64,000 nt of DNA from Flavobacteriales bacterium (GTDB lineage: Bacteria; Bacteroidota; Bacteroidia; DT-38), in NCBI GenBank assembly GCA_013214205.1, contig JABSPQ010000064.1, positions 6,371 through 70,370 of the forward strand. The letters run 5' to 3'. Positions 25,619 through 34,537 of the stretch are shown in pieces. Positions within the stretch are counted from its first letter, which is position 1. Every line of letters starts with the position of its first letter. The translations under genes and the position numbers were made by a program. The notes under the pieces are model-generated. The model had not been told where the DNA came from and searched no databases. It was given only the letters and a program-made list of their open reading frames with translations.

Positions 25619-26671
25619 ATGAATTTAGATCAGAGAATTGGTGCGTTTGTGGAACTGGGAAACTGGTTAAGAGAGAAGGTCGTTGTTTGGGAGCAGAGCA
25701 ACGATGATAGTGATGATGAATTCTCTCATAATATGAGACTTGCAGGTGTCCAAAACCCTTGGTTTGACAGGAAAAGTCTGAGCACATGTTTTAAGGCTTG
25801 GAGCGAAAGTTTGAATAAAGATTCTTTAAACAAATGGTTAGAACCTTACCAAGAAACCATTAAAAACAGAAAAAAAGCTGTTTCCGTAGGAATAGTTGCA
25901 GCAGGAAATATTCCTTTAGTCTGTTTTCACGATTTTTTAAGCATTTTACTTTCGGGGAATAGTTGCAGGATAAAAATGGCAAAGTCCGACGAAGTATTGC
26001 TTCCATATATAACAAAGCAATTAATTGCTATTGAACCCGCTTTTAAAGACCTCATTGTTTTTGCAGAATACCAATTACAAGGGTTTGATGCAGTTATTGC
26101 TACAGGAAGTAACAATAGCGCACGATATTTTGATCTTTACTTTGGGAAGTATCCCAATGTTATTAGAAAAAACAGAAACTCAATTGCTGTTATTGACGGA
26201 TCGGAAACCTCAGAAGAATATGCTGCTTTAGGGCAAGATATTTTTCAGTATTTCGGATTGGGCTGTAGGAATGTGTCGAAATTGTTGGTTCCTGAGAATT
26301 ATATTTTAGATAGATTTTACGAAGGCATATATGCTTTTGCAGATATTGTTAACCATAATAAGTATGGCAACAATTACGATTATAATAGAACGATCTATTT
26401 AATGAGCGTTGTAGATTTCTTAGACAACGGATTTCTATTATTGAAAGAAGATGAGGCAATCTCTTCGCCCATTGCAGTTCTTTATTATGAGCGATATAAG
26501 GATGAGAAACATTTACAGGAAATTTTAGCAAGGCATGGTGATGACGTTCAATGTATCGTCTCTAAGCAGGAGCAAGGCTCACAATCAGTGAGATTAGGAG
26601 ATGCTCAGAATCCAAAACTAAATGATTACGCCGACGGAGTTAATACGCTCGACTTTTTGTGCAATCTCTAA
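25619..26671 (+). CDS. LuxC-like acyl-CoA reductase family protein
   Basis: 350 aa. It matches my recollection of the Bacteroidota 'acyl-CoA reductase' family that sits divergently from this ferredoxin (AAGNIPLV, ATGSNNSARYF, GLGCRNVSK). The assignment is by memory only. Confidence 0.55.
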   Translation: MNLDQRIGAFVELGNWLREKVVVWEQSNDDSDDEFSHNMRLAGVQNPWFDRKSLSTCFKAWSESLNKDSLNKWLEPYQETIKNRKKAVSVGIVAAGNIPLVCFHDFLSILLSGNSCRIKMAKSDEVLLPYITKQLIAIEPAFKDLIVFAEYQLQGFDAVIATGSNNSARYFDLYFGKYPNVIRKNRNSIAVIDGSETSEEYAALGQDIFQYFGLGCRNVSKLLVPENYILDRFYEGIYAFADIVNHNKYGNNYDYNRTIYLMSVVDFLDNGFLLLKEDEAISSPIAVLYYERYKDEKHLQEILARHGDDVQCIVSKQEQGSQSVRLGDAQNPKLNDYADGVNTLDFLCNL

Positions 26672-28221
26672 GGGATTAGTTCTGTAGCACCGATATCGGG
26701 CGCAGTATCTAAAATTCTAGAATTACCATTTAAATCGAATTCTACATTTAAACCAATAAAGGCATCGCCCTTATTTACTGCCACACATTTTGAAAATAAG
26801 GTATAATCACCTTCAGTAGGATCTGTAAAAATAGGATGGTGACTTATGCCGCTCACAGTTACATCTTCCGGGTCATTAATTACATTATTATATATAGCAC
26901 CATTGCTTACCTTGTCTTTGTTCACGATACAGGCATCGAAATAAGGATTAAACACATCAGTACCATTGTCAGTTAAAGTGATTTCATCGTCGAGAGTACC
27001 ATGAATGATGCAATTACCAAAATAGGCATTTACTAAATCGCTGCTGTACTTGTTGCCTAATCCATCGGAATAAGAATTAGAAATTGTTACTGTTGGCGTT
27101 GTACGATTATCGTGACTCCAATAGTCGGCAAAGGTGCAATGAGTAAAACTGTAATCTCCACCGCCAATAATATTTAAAGAACCAACCCCGCAATTGGCAA
27201 CAAATAAGTTGGTGGCAGTAATTTTATGATTGAACGCAATAATGCCCGATGTAACCATATTCTCTATTCGAGTATTGTTAAGAAATAGAGTGTTGGGCGA
27301 AATGTCATTTGGGTCCGACGAGTAACCAGGTTCCACCTGAATACCAACATGGGCATTTTTAATTACTGCATAATTAATTGTGATATCATCAACACCGTCA
27401 TTAATTAAAATTCCTTCCCATTGTCCAGGCACCTCGCTATACTCACTGTCTAAACGTCGTCCAGTAAAAACTACAGGATTATCTGCCTCTCCATTTACCT
27501 CTAAATAACCTTCCTTATAAATCCAAAGTCCTGTGCCTTTCACAAAATGCAGGTTTGTGCCAGCATTAATATATAAGCTGTATGCGGAATCTACTACACC
27601 ATAACAATAAAACACATGCGGTTTGTCGTTAGCCAAAAACACATTATCAGGAAAAATAAACAAAGGAGGGAGGCCTTCTATAGAAAAATTAGGCAGATAA
27701 TAATAGGCATCTTGTCCCCAAGCAACCAACCCAACATAAGCGGCTTCGTTACCAGAAGAAAAAACAATTGAATCGGAAACAATTAAAGGGAGGTTAGATC
27801 CTGTAGGATCTATTGTTGCCTCTACAAATACAAATATACTATCGTTACCGGCAATTTTTAAATTGGTAACCTCATTAGAAGCTATCCCGTCTACATTAAT
27901 TCTATAGTTCGATGAAAGCTCATTTTTTAACGTGATACTCGATATAGAAATGGTGTTTTTAGAATTATTATAGATCTTAAAGTTTTTAGTAATCGTGCCA
28001 ACTTGGGTGAAAACAGTGTCGAAAATAACCGTATCCAGAGAAAAAGAGAGCGATTCGATGGCTGCTTCATCTATTACTTCATCCTTGCTGCATTGCGAAA
28101 AAAGCGCTGCAACGCTTATTAATACTATTAAAACCTTAAATTGCAAAACGTTTCTGTGTTTGATTTGAACAAATTTATTGCTAATTACGCTGATGTCGTG
28201 AAAATATTTTAAATAAAGCAA
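26668..28221 (-). CDS. putative lipoprotein with right-handed parallel beta-helix repeats
   Basis: 517 aa with lipobox LFSQC, Gly/Asn-rich turn repeats (NCGVGSLNIIGGG, FGNCIIHG) and terminal PDIGATE. The start is uncertain (TTG at 28221 or TTG at 28146). Confidence 0.55.
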   Translation of the reverse strand: MLYLKYFHDISVISNKFVQIKHRNVLQFKVLIVLISVAALFSQCSKDEVIDEAAIESLSFSLDTVIFDTVFTQVGTITKNFKIYNNSKNTISISSITLKNELSSNYRINVDGIASNEVTNLKIAGNDSIFVFVEATIDPTGSNLPLIVSDSIVFSSGNEAAYVGLVAWGQDAYYYLPNFSIEGLPPLFIFPDNVFLANDKPHVFYCYGVVDSAYSLYINAGTNLHFVKGTGLWIYKEGYLEVNGEADNPVVFTGRRLDSEYSEVPGQWEGILINDGVDDITINYAVIKNAHVGIQVEPGYSSDPNDISPNTLFLNNTRIENMVTSGIIAFNHKITATNLFVANCGVGSLNIIGGGDYSFTHCTFADYWSHDNRTTPTVTISNSYSDGLGNKYSSDLVNAYFGNCIIHGTLDDEITLTDNGTDVFNPYFDACIVNKDKVSNGAIYNNVINDPEDVTVSGISHHPIFTDPTEGDYTLFSKCVAVNKGDAFIGLNVEFDLNGNSRILDTAPDIGATELIP

Positions 28222-28283
28222 GAAATAAGCATTTGAAAATTGTCTTATTATACTTATCTTCGCAGCCCAAATATTAGATTAGA

Positions 28284-28829
28284 ATGAAAAAAGAAATACA
28301 CCCAGAAGAGTATCGTTTTGTAGTTTTTAAAGATATCTCAAATGATTATAGTTTTTTAACTAAGTCGACTGCACCTACGAAAGATACTGTAGTGTGGGAA
28401 GATGGAACCGAATATCCTTTGTTTAAATTGGAGATTTCGCACAAAACTCACCCGTTCTACACTGGTAAGATGAAATTAATTGATACTGCTGGTAGAGTTG
28501 ATAGATTTAAATCTAGATTCCAAAAGCAAATCGATACAGCATCAGAGAAAGCTAAAGCGACACAAGATGCTAATGCAACTGTTGCTGAAGTATCAGTAGA
28601 AGAAGAAGCTATTGCAGCGGCACAAAAATCTGCAAAAGCAGAAGCTAAAAATGCTAAAATCGAAAAGAAAAGAGCACAAAGGGCAGCTGCTAAAGATTCG
28701 AAAGCAAAAGCAATTGAAGATGCAGCAGCAGCAGCAGCTGAAGAAGCACCAGTTGTTGAAGCTAGTTCTGAGGAAATTCCTGCTACTGAAGAAGCACCAG
28801 CTGCTGACGATGCACCTGCTGCTGAATAA
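28284..28829 (+). CDS. rpmE: ribosomal protein L31 type B with long Ala/Glu/Lys-rich C-terminal extension
   Basis: The first ~84 aa ([10 protein letters not shown]...[24 protein letters not shown]) are L31 type B, with no CxxC. The remaining ~97 aa are low-complexity A/E/K sequence. Confidence 0.85.
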   Translation: MKKEIHPEEYRFVVFKDISNDYSFLTKSTAPTKDTVVWEDGTEYPLFKLEISHKTHPFYTGKMKLIDTAGRVDRFKSRFQKQIDTASEKAKATQDANATVAEVSVEEEAIAAAQKSAKAEAKNAKIEKKRAQRAAAKDSKAKAIEDAAAAAAEEAPVVEASSEEIPATEEAPAADDAPAAE

Positions 28830-28872
28830 AGAGCAAAAGAATAAAGACATTTTTACATTAGTAAAATGAGTT

Positions 28873-28905
28873 AAGAGCCCTATCTTTGGATAGGGCTCTT
28901 TTATT
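28873..28905 (+). terminator. rho-independent terminator after rpmE
   Basis: 12-bp stem AAGAGCCCTATC (28873-28884) / GATAGGGCTCTT (28889-28900) with loop TTTG, followed by TTATT. Confidence 0.7.
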
Positions 28906-28908
28906 ATC

Positions 28909-30105
28909 ATGAACTATATACTTTTCGATTCCGCTACACGAATTCAATTGCTGCCACTAGTCTATATTAGGCCAGTGAGTTGTTTACGGGTTGGAATTAT
29001 CACCATCAAAGAAAAATGGGAGCGAGTTGCTCAAACAGCCGTAAGTTTTGATGTACCCGAATATCTTCAAGTAAAATTTCCCACCATACTGGGAGAAGAA
29101 AACTTATTGATTGACGGATCTGTTTTTCCTAATGCTCAATTAAATGATGCTTTAAAAAGCTTAACCTCAAATCAAGCGTTGATCAAAAATGGCAAACTGA
29201 TTGGTTGCAAGATTAAACAGGAACAATACGACGCTGTCATCAACAAAATAAAGACAAACGACATTGACGGTTTTGAAACGATAGAATTTGACGGCGATAT
29301 TAGAGGAGTAAATAAATTGGTTGATGTTTTTAAGGAAAATGGAACTGAAATAAAAAACGACTTCAGTTTAATTACTGCAGGAAGAGAATCTAGCCCAATA
29401 GATGAATCTAACAGAATATTAGGCAATCACGTTTTTATAGAAGAAGGGGCAGATGTTAAATGCACTGTTCTCAATAGTCTTAATGGACCTATTTACGTTG
29501 GTAAGGATGCTGTAATAATGGAAGGTGCACTAATTAAAGGACCTTTTGCGTTATGCAATGATTCGATCGTGAAAATGGGAGCAAAAATTTATGGAGACAC
29601 AACAATAGGACCTTGCTGCAAGGTTGGTGGCGAAGTAACCAATTCTGTATTTATGGGCTATGCCAACAAAGGGCATGAAGGGTACTTAGGAAATTCGGTA
29701 ATTGGAGAGTGGTGCAATTTAGGTGCAGATACCAATATCTCTAATCTTAAAAACACTTATGGTGAAGTTAAGTATTGGAATTATGGCGAAAAGAAACTAG
29801 TTGACAGCGGCGAGATTTTTATGGGGATTATGATGGGCGATTATTCAAAATGTGCTATCGGCTCAAAGTTTAACTCAGGAACTGTAATAGGCGTTAATGC
29901 AAACATAGCCCAAAATGGATTTTCCGATAAAACGATTTCCTCATTTACATGGTTAACGCCAAATGGAAAATCGAAATACGAATTTAATAAGGCTGTTGAG
30001 GTAGCAAAAGCTGTAGCGCTACGTAGAAAAGTGAAAATTGACACTGCCGATGTTGAGATATTGAAACATATTTTCGAACTGTCTGGCGAGGAGTTTAAAG
30101 CCTAA
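28909..30105 (+). CDS. GlmU-family putative sugar-phosphate nucleotidyltransferase (LbH domain)
   Basis: 398 aa with an N-terminal nucleotidyltransferase-like half and C-terminal hexapeptide left-handed beta-helix repeats (IEEGADVKCTVLNSLNGPIYVGKDAVIMEGALIKGP...). Confidence 0.65.
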   Translation: MNYILFDSATRIQLLPLVYIRPVSCLRVGIITIKEKWERVAQTAVSFDVPEYLQVKFPTILGEENLLIDGSVFPNAQLNDALKSLTSNQALIKNGKLIGCKIKQEQYDAVINKIKTNDIDGFETIEFDGDIRGVNKLVDVFKENGTEIKNDFSLITAGRESSPIDESNRILGNHVFIEEGADVKCTVLNSLNGPIYVGKDAVIMEGALIKGPFALCNDSIVKMGAKIYGDTTIGPCCKVGGEVTNSVFMGYANKGHEGYLGNSVIGEWCNLGADTNISNLKNTYGEVKYWNYGEKKLVDSGEIFMGIMMGDYSKCAIGSKFNSGTVIGVNANIAQNGFSDKTISSFTWLTPNGKSKYEFNKAVEVAKAVALRRKVKIDTADVEILKHIFELSGEEFKA

Positions 30106-30213
30106 TCAGACATTATTGCATGTTATTTAATTTGGCATAGCAATTGAATATGGACATACAAGAAATGAAAGTGACAGGATGTCATACGAAATAACAAGGG
30201 AAAGAAATAAGAG

Positions 30214-32661
30214 ATGAAAGAAGATATGGACTTAAAACAAATAATGCTGATTGGAGCAGGCGAGGTAGAAAGTGAATTTATTCCACTTTTATCTCCGGAA
30301 GACGAAGAGCAAATTAATTCGGAAGAAACGCCAAGCGAATTGCCAATTCTTCCTTTAAGGAACACTGTACTTTTCCCTGGTGTTGTAATTCCTATTACTA
30401 TCGGTAGGGACAAATCTATTAAGCTGATCAAAAAGTATTTCAAAGGAGACAAAACGATCGGTGTAGTTTCTCAAAAAAATGATGCTGTTGACAATCCTTC
30501 GGTTGATGATCTAAATAAAATTGGGACGGTTGCTTTTATCATTAAGATTTTAAAAATGCCTGATGGTAACACAACAGTTATCATACAAGGAAGAAAAAGA
30601 TTTGAGATTAATGACATCGTTCAATCAGAACCTTTTATTAAAGCCAAAGTTTCGCCATTCGACGATAATGCCGTAGTTCCTAAAGATAAAGAGTTTCGTG
30701 CGCTAATTGGTTCGCTTAAAGATTTAGCATTTCAAATTATAAAGCATTCTCCTAACATTCCTTCTGAGGCTTCGTTTGCAATTAAAAACATTGATAGTCC
30801 TCCATTTTTAATCAACTTTATTTGTAGCAATATGAATGCAGAAGTTGAGGACAAACAAAAAATGCTCGAGGTAAAGGATTTAAGAGAACGCGCTACTTTG
30901 GTGTTAGAGTACCTTACCAAAGAACTTCAAATGCTTGAATTGAAAAATGACATTCAAAGCAAAGTTAAAACTGATTTAGACAGACAGCAACGTGAGTATT
31001 TCTTGCATCAGCAAATGAAAACGATTCAAGAAGAACTTGGAGGAAACGTTTACGAAGAAGAACTTGAAGATTTAAAGACTAGAGGAGAAGATAAAAATTG
31101 GGATGAAGAAGTCTCTCTGCATTTTGAGAAGGAATTAGATAAGTTGCAAAGAATGAATACTTCGTCTTCCGAATATTCTGTTCAGATTAACTATGTAGAA
31201 AACTTATTGGACCTACCTTGGAACGACATGTCGAAGGATGATTTTGATTTAAAGAAAGCACAAAGCATTCTTGACAGAGATCATTATGGTTTAGAAAAAG
31301 TAAAGGAAAGAATCATTGAGCACCTTGCAGTGTTAAAACTTAAAGGCAACATGAAATCTCCAATTATATGCTTGCATGGCCCTCCAGGAGTTGGTAAAAC
31401 GTCGTTGGGTAGATCTATAGCTAATGCACTTGGTAGAAAATATGTGAGAATGTCGCTTGGTGGGATGAGAGACGAAGCTGAGATTAGGGGACATCGAAAA
31501 ACTTACATCGGCGCAATGCCAGGTAGAATCCTTCAAAACATTAAGAAATCGAAAACAGGAAACCCCGTATTTGTTTTAGATGAGATTGATAAGGTTGGAA
31601 ATGATTTTCATGGCGACCCATCATCTGCACTTCTGGAGGTATTAGATCCAGAACAAAACAATGCTTTCAACGACAACTTTATTGAAGTTGACTACGATTT
31701 ATCTAAAGTGATGTTTATTGCAACAGCTAATAACATCGGCAACATTCATTCTGCTTTAAGAGACAGAATGGAGATGATAGAGATCTCTGGATACACCGTT
31801 GAAGAAAAGGTAATGATTGCTAAAAAGCACATCATTAAAAAGGTTTTAAAAGATCATGGTATGAAAGTCACTCAGTTTAAACTTAACAATACAATGGTTT
31901 CTCATATTGTAGAGTCTTATACAAGAGAATCTGGTGTGAGAAGCTTAGAGAAAAGAATTTCTAAACTGATTAGAAACTCGGCGAAGAGAATTGCTATGGA
32001 CGAAAAGCCTATTGCAAATTTCACTAAAGATGATTTAAATAAAATCTTAGGACCTGCGCATTCGAGAGATAAATACGAAAACAATAATGTTGCGGGAGTT
32101 GTTACGGGCTTAGCTTGGACTTCTGTTGGTGGCGATATTCTTTTTATAGAAGTAGGCTTAAGCAAAGGAAAAGGCAAACTATCTTTAACAGGCAGACTAG
32201 GTGATGTGATGAAGGAATCGGCCATTATAGCGATGGAATACCTAAAAGGACATCACGACAAATTTGGATTATCGTCTGAAGTATTTGATAAGTGGAATGT
32301 TCACATTCACGTTCCAGAGGGTGCAACACCTAAAGATGGTCCTTCGGCTGGTATTACTATGCTAACTGCAATTGTTTCGGCATTTTCTCAAAACAAAGTG
32401 AAAAGCAATTTAGCAATGACAGGAGAAATTACGCTTAGAGGTAGAGTGTTGCCAGTTGGTGGAATCAAAGAAAAGATTCTTGCAGCTAAAAGAGCAAATA
32501 TCAAAGAGCTTATATTATCTAAAGAGAATAAAAAGGACATTGAAGACATAGATGCTAAATACATTGAAGGTCTTAAGATCAATTACGTGGAATATATGAG
32601 TGAAGTAATTAACTTGGCCATATTAAACAAGAAGGTTGCAAGACCACTTAGAATAGCTTAA
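30214..32661 (+). CDS. lon: ATP-dependent Lon protease
   Basis: 815 aa with a LON N-domain, Walker A GPPGVGKT, Walker B VFVLDEIDK, the protease Ser motif PKDGPSAG and the catalytic Lys region KEKILAAKRA. Confidence 0.97.
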   Translation: MKEDMDLKQIMLIGAGEVESEFIPLLSPEDEEQINSEETPSELPILPLRNTVLFPGVVIPITIGRDKSIKLIKKYFKGDKTIGVVSQKNDAVDNPSVDDLNKIGTVAFIIKILKMPDGNTTVIIQGRKRFEINDIVQSEPFIKAKVSPFDDNAVVPKDKEFRALIGSLKDLAFQIIKHSPNIPSEASFAIKNIDSPPFLINFICSNMNAEVEDKQKMLEVKDLRERATLVLEYLTKELQMLELKNDIQSKVKTDLDRQQREYFLHQQMKTIQEELGGNVYEEELEDLKTRGEDKNWDEEVSLHFEKELDKLQRMNTSSSEYSVQINYVENLLDLPWNDMSKDDFDLKKAQSILDRDHYGLEKVKERIIEHLAVLKLKGNMKSPIICLHGPPGVGKTSLGRSIANALGRKYVRMSLGGMRDEAEIRGHRKTYIGAMPGRILQNIKKSKTGNPVFVLDEIDKVGNDFHGDPSSALLEVLDPEQNNAFNDNFIEVDYDLSKVMFIATANNIGNIHSALRDRMEMIEISGYTVEEKVMIAKKHIIKKVLKDHGMKVTQFKLNNTMVSHIVESYTRESGVRSLEKRISKLIRNSAKRIAMDEKPIANFTKDDLNKILGPAHSRDKYENNNVAGVVTGLAWTSVGGDILFIEVGLSKGKGKLSLTGRLGDVMKESAIIAMEYLKGHHDKFGLSSEVFDKWNVHIHVPEGATPKDGPSAGITMLTAIVSAFSQNKVKSNLAMTGEITLRGRVLPVGGIKEKILAAKRANIKELILSKENKKDIEDIDAKYIEGLKINYVEYMSEVINLAILNKKVARPLRIA

Positions 32662-32764
32662 AACAAACTTGAAATTATTTTTACAGCGGTATAATACGAT
32701 AGGATTTTACTCGTTAGCCATGTTTGAGTTGAATAATTAATATAATTCGATTTAATTTGTGCTT

Positions 32765-33847
32765 ATGAAATTGTCGTTGTTTACATTCTGTATTCTTATT
32801 GTCTGCCACGTGCAAGGGCAAATAGGAGGTACTTCCATTTATGAATTTTCTAATCTCGCCAGTACGCCTAGAACAGCTGCCCTAGCAGGACAAGTACTAG
32901 CTATTAACGATGGTGATATAAACCTTGCTTTTCAAAATCCAGCAATGATTTCTTCAGAAATGCATAATCACCTTGCTTTAGGTTATGTGGATTATTTTGG
33001 AGACATCAGCTTAGGGAATGTTACTTATGCGAGAGAAATTAATAAAGTAGGAACGTTTGTAACAGGCTTGCGATACATTGATTATGGTCAGATAGTACAT
33101 ACTGATATGTTTGGGCAAAAAATTGGTTCTTACTACATGGCCGATTATGTGCTAACAGTAGGTTATGGTCGAAATATAAAAAAACAATTTTATGTAGGCG
33201 CCAATCTTAATTCATTTTACTCTGCCTTGGCATCTTATACTTCTTTCGGAATGGCCCTAGATGTAGCAGGAATGTTCGTTTCTAAAGATTCTTTAAGAGT
33301 AGCTACCGCAATCGTTAAAAACATGGGCTATCAAATTATTAATTACACGGAAGGTAATAATGAATCGTTACCAATTGAGATTAAATTTGGTTTTTCGAGC
33401 AGGTTTAAACATGCGCCATTTAGATTATCTACTGTATATAGGCACGCTTTTTCTAATGCTTTGTTTGTGGATATAAATGATACACTCGCAAACATTGACA
33501 TATTTACAGGAGAGGAGCTATTAGTTGATGATAAGGTTTTGGATAAAATGTTAAACGGAGGAGATAAGTTTTTACGACATATTACAATTGGTTCTGAGTT
33601 GCTTTTTTCTGATAATTTACATATTAGGTTTGGATATAATTATAGAGCGCGAAAAGAAATGACGATTGAGGCAAGAACAGGATTGGTTGGTTTTTCTTTT
33701 GGTGTAGGGGTAAAAATCAAAAAGTTCAACATTAATTACAGCATTAATTCTAATCAAAAAGGCGGCCCGTCAAATCAAATCAATATCGTTGCCAACTTAT
33801 CTTTAATAAAAAGAAAAGCTACTCCAGCACCGAAATCTAACAGCTAA
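32765..33847 (+). CDS. porQ: type IX secretion system protein PorQ (outer-membrane beta-barrel)
   Basis: The ATG at 32765 gives the signal MKLSLFTFCILIVCHVQGQ. It has the motif FSNLASTPRTAALAGQV...INDGDINLAFQNPA and a beta-strand periodicity. Its position directly upstream of cmk-ispH matches PorQ in Porphyromonas gingivalis as I recall it. Confidence 0.6.
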   Translation: MKLSLFTFCILIVCHVQGQIGGTSIYEFSNLASTPRTAALAGQVLAINDGDINLAFQNPAMISSEMHNHLALGYVDYFGDISLGNVTYAREINKVGTFVTGLRYIDYGQIVHTDMFGQKIGSYYMADYVLTVGYGRNIKKQFYVGANLNSFYSALASYTSFGMALDVAGMFVSKDSLRVATAIVKNMGYQIINYTEGNNESLPIEIKFGFSSRFKHAPFRLSTVYRHAFSNALFVDINDTLANIDIFTGEELLVDDKVLDKMLNGGDKFLRHITIGSELLFSDNLHIRFGYNYRARKEMTIEARTGLVGFSFGVGVKIKKFNINYSINSNQKGGPSNQINIVANLSLIKRKATPAPKSNS

Positions 33848-34537
33848 ATGAAGAAAATATCCATTGCGATTGATGGTCACTCGTCCTGCGGGAAAAGTAC
33901 GCTTGCGAAGCAAATGGCCAAAGGCTTAAACTATACATATGTAGATACAGGTGCTATGTACAGAGCAATTGCTTTGTTCTGTATGCAAAACGATATTATT
34001 ATTATTGATGGGCAAGTAGATTTAAACAAACTTGAAAATTCCTTGAACAATATTAATGTTGAATTTAAACTTAATAGCTCTGGAAACAGAGAAACAATGC
34101 TCAATGGGGTTTCTGTAGAATCTGAAATTCGAGATCCTAAAGTATCGAATTGCGTGAGTTTGATTGGTCAAGAGAAAATAGTAAGAGTAAAGCTGGTTGA
34201 TTTGCAGAAAAAAATGGCATCTCAAAAAGCAGTAGTAATGGATGGAAGAGATATTGGAACTGTTGTAATTCCCGACGCAGAACTCAAAATATTTTTAACC
34301 GCTGATGTAGATGTAAGAACCAATAGAAGGTATTTAGAACTTCAAGAAGCAGGCCACCAAATATCAAAAGAAGAAGTAAGAGATAATTTGGTAAGTAGAG
34401 ATGAAATTGATTCTACAAGAGTAGAAAGTCCGTTAAAGCAAGCAGATGATGCAATTGTTATAGATAATTCGAACATTACAAGAGAAGAACAATTGGCTAA
34501 AGCAATGGAATTAGCTAGGCAACAGATTGATTCTTAA
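33848..34537 (+). CDS. cmk: cytidylate kinase
   Basis: 229 aa with P-loop IDGHSSCGKST, DTGAMYR and GRDIGTVV. Confidence 0.93.
   Translation: MKKISIAIDGHSSCGKSTLAKQMAKGLNYTYVDTGAMYRAIALFCMQNDIIIIDGQVDLNKLENSLNNINVEFKLNSSGNRETMLNGVSVESEIRDPKVSNCVSLIGQEKIVRVKLVDLQKKMASQKAVVMDGRDIGTVVIPDAELKIFLTADVDVRTNRRYLELQEAGHQISKEEVRDNLVSRDEIDSTRVESPLKQADDAIVIDNSNITREEQLAKAMELARQQIDS

Noticed and set aside
28593-28910. Alternative-frame ORFs over the L31 tail (28593-28910 minus, 28612-28869 plus).
   Set aside because: They are products of the GCA/GAA/AAA low-complexity DNA, which stays open in several frames. The L31 frame is continuous from a bona fide L31 domain and is followed by a strong terminator.
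30123-30452. 109-aa minus-strand ORF overlapping the lon start.
   Set aside because: It overlaps the Lon N-terminal coding region on the opposite strand and has no recognisable features.
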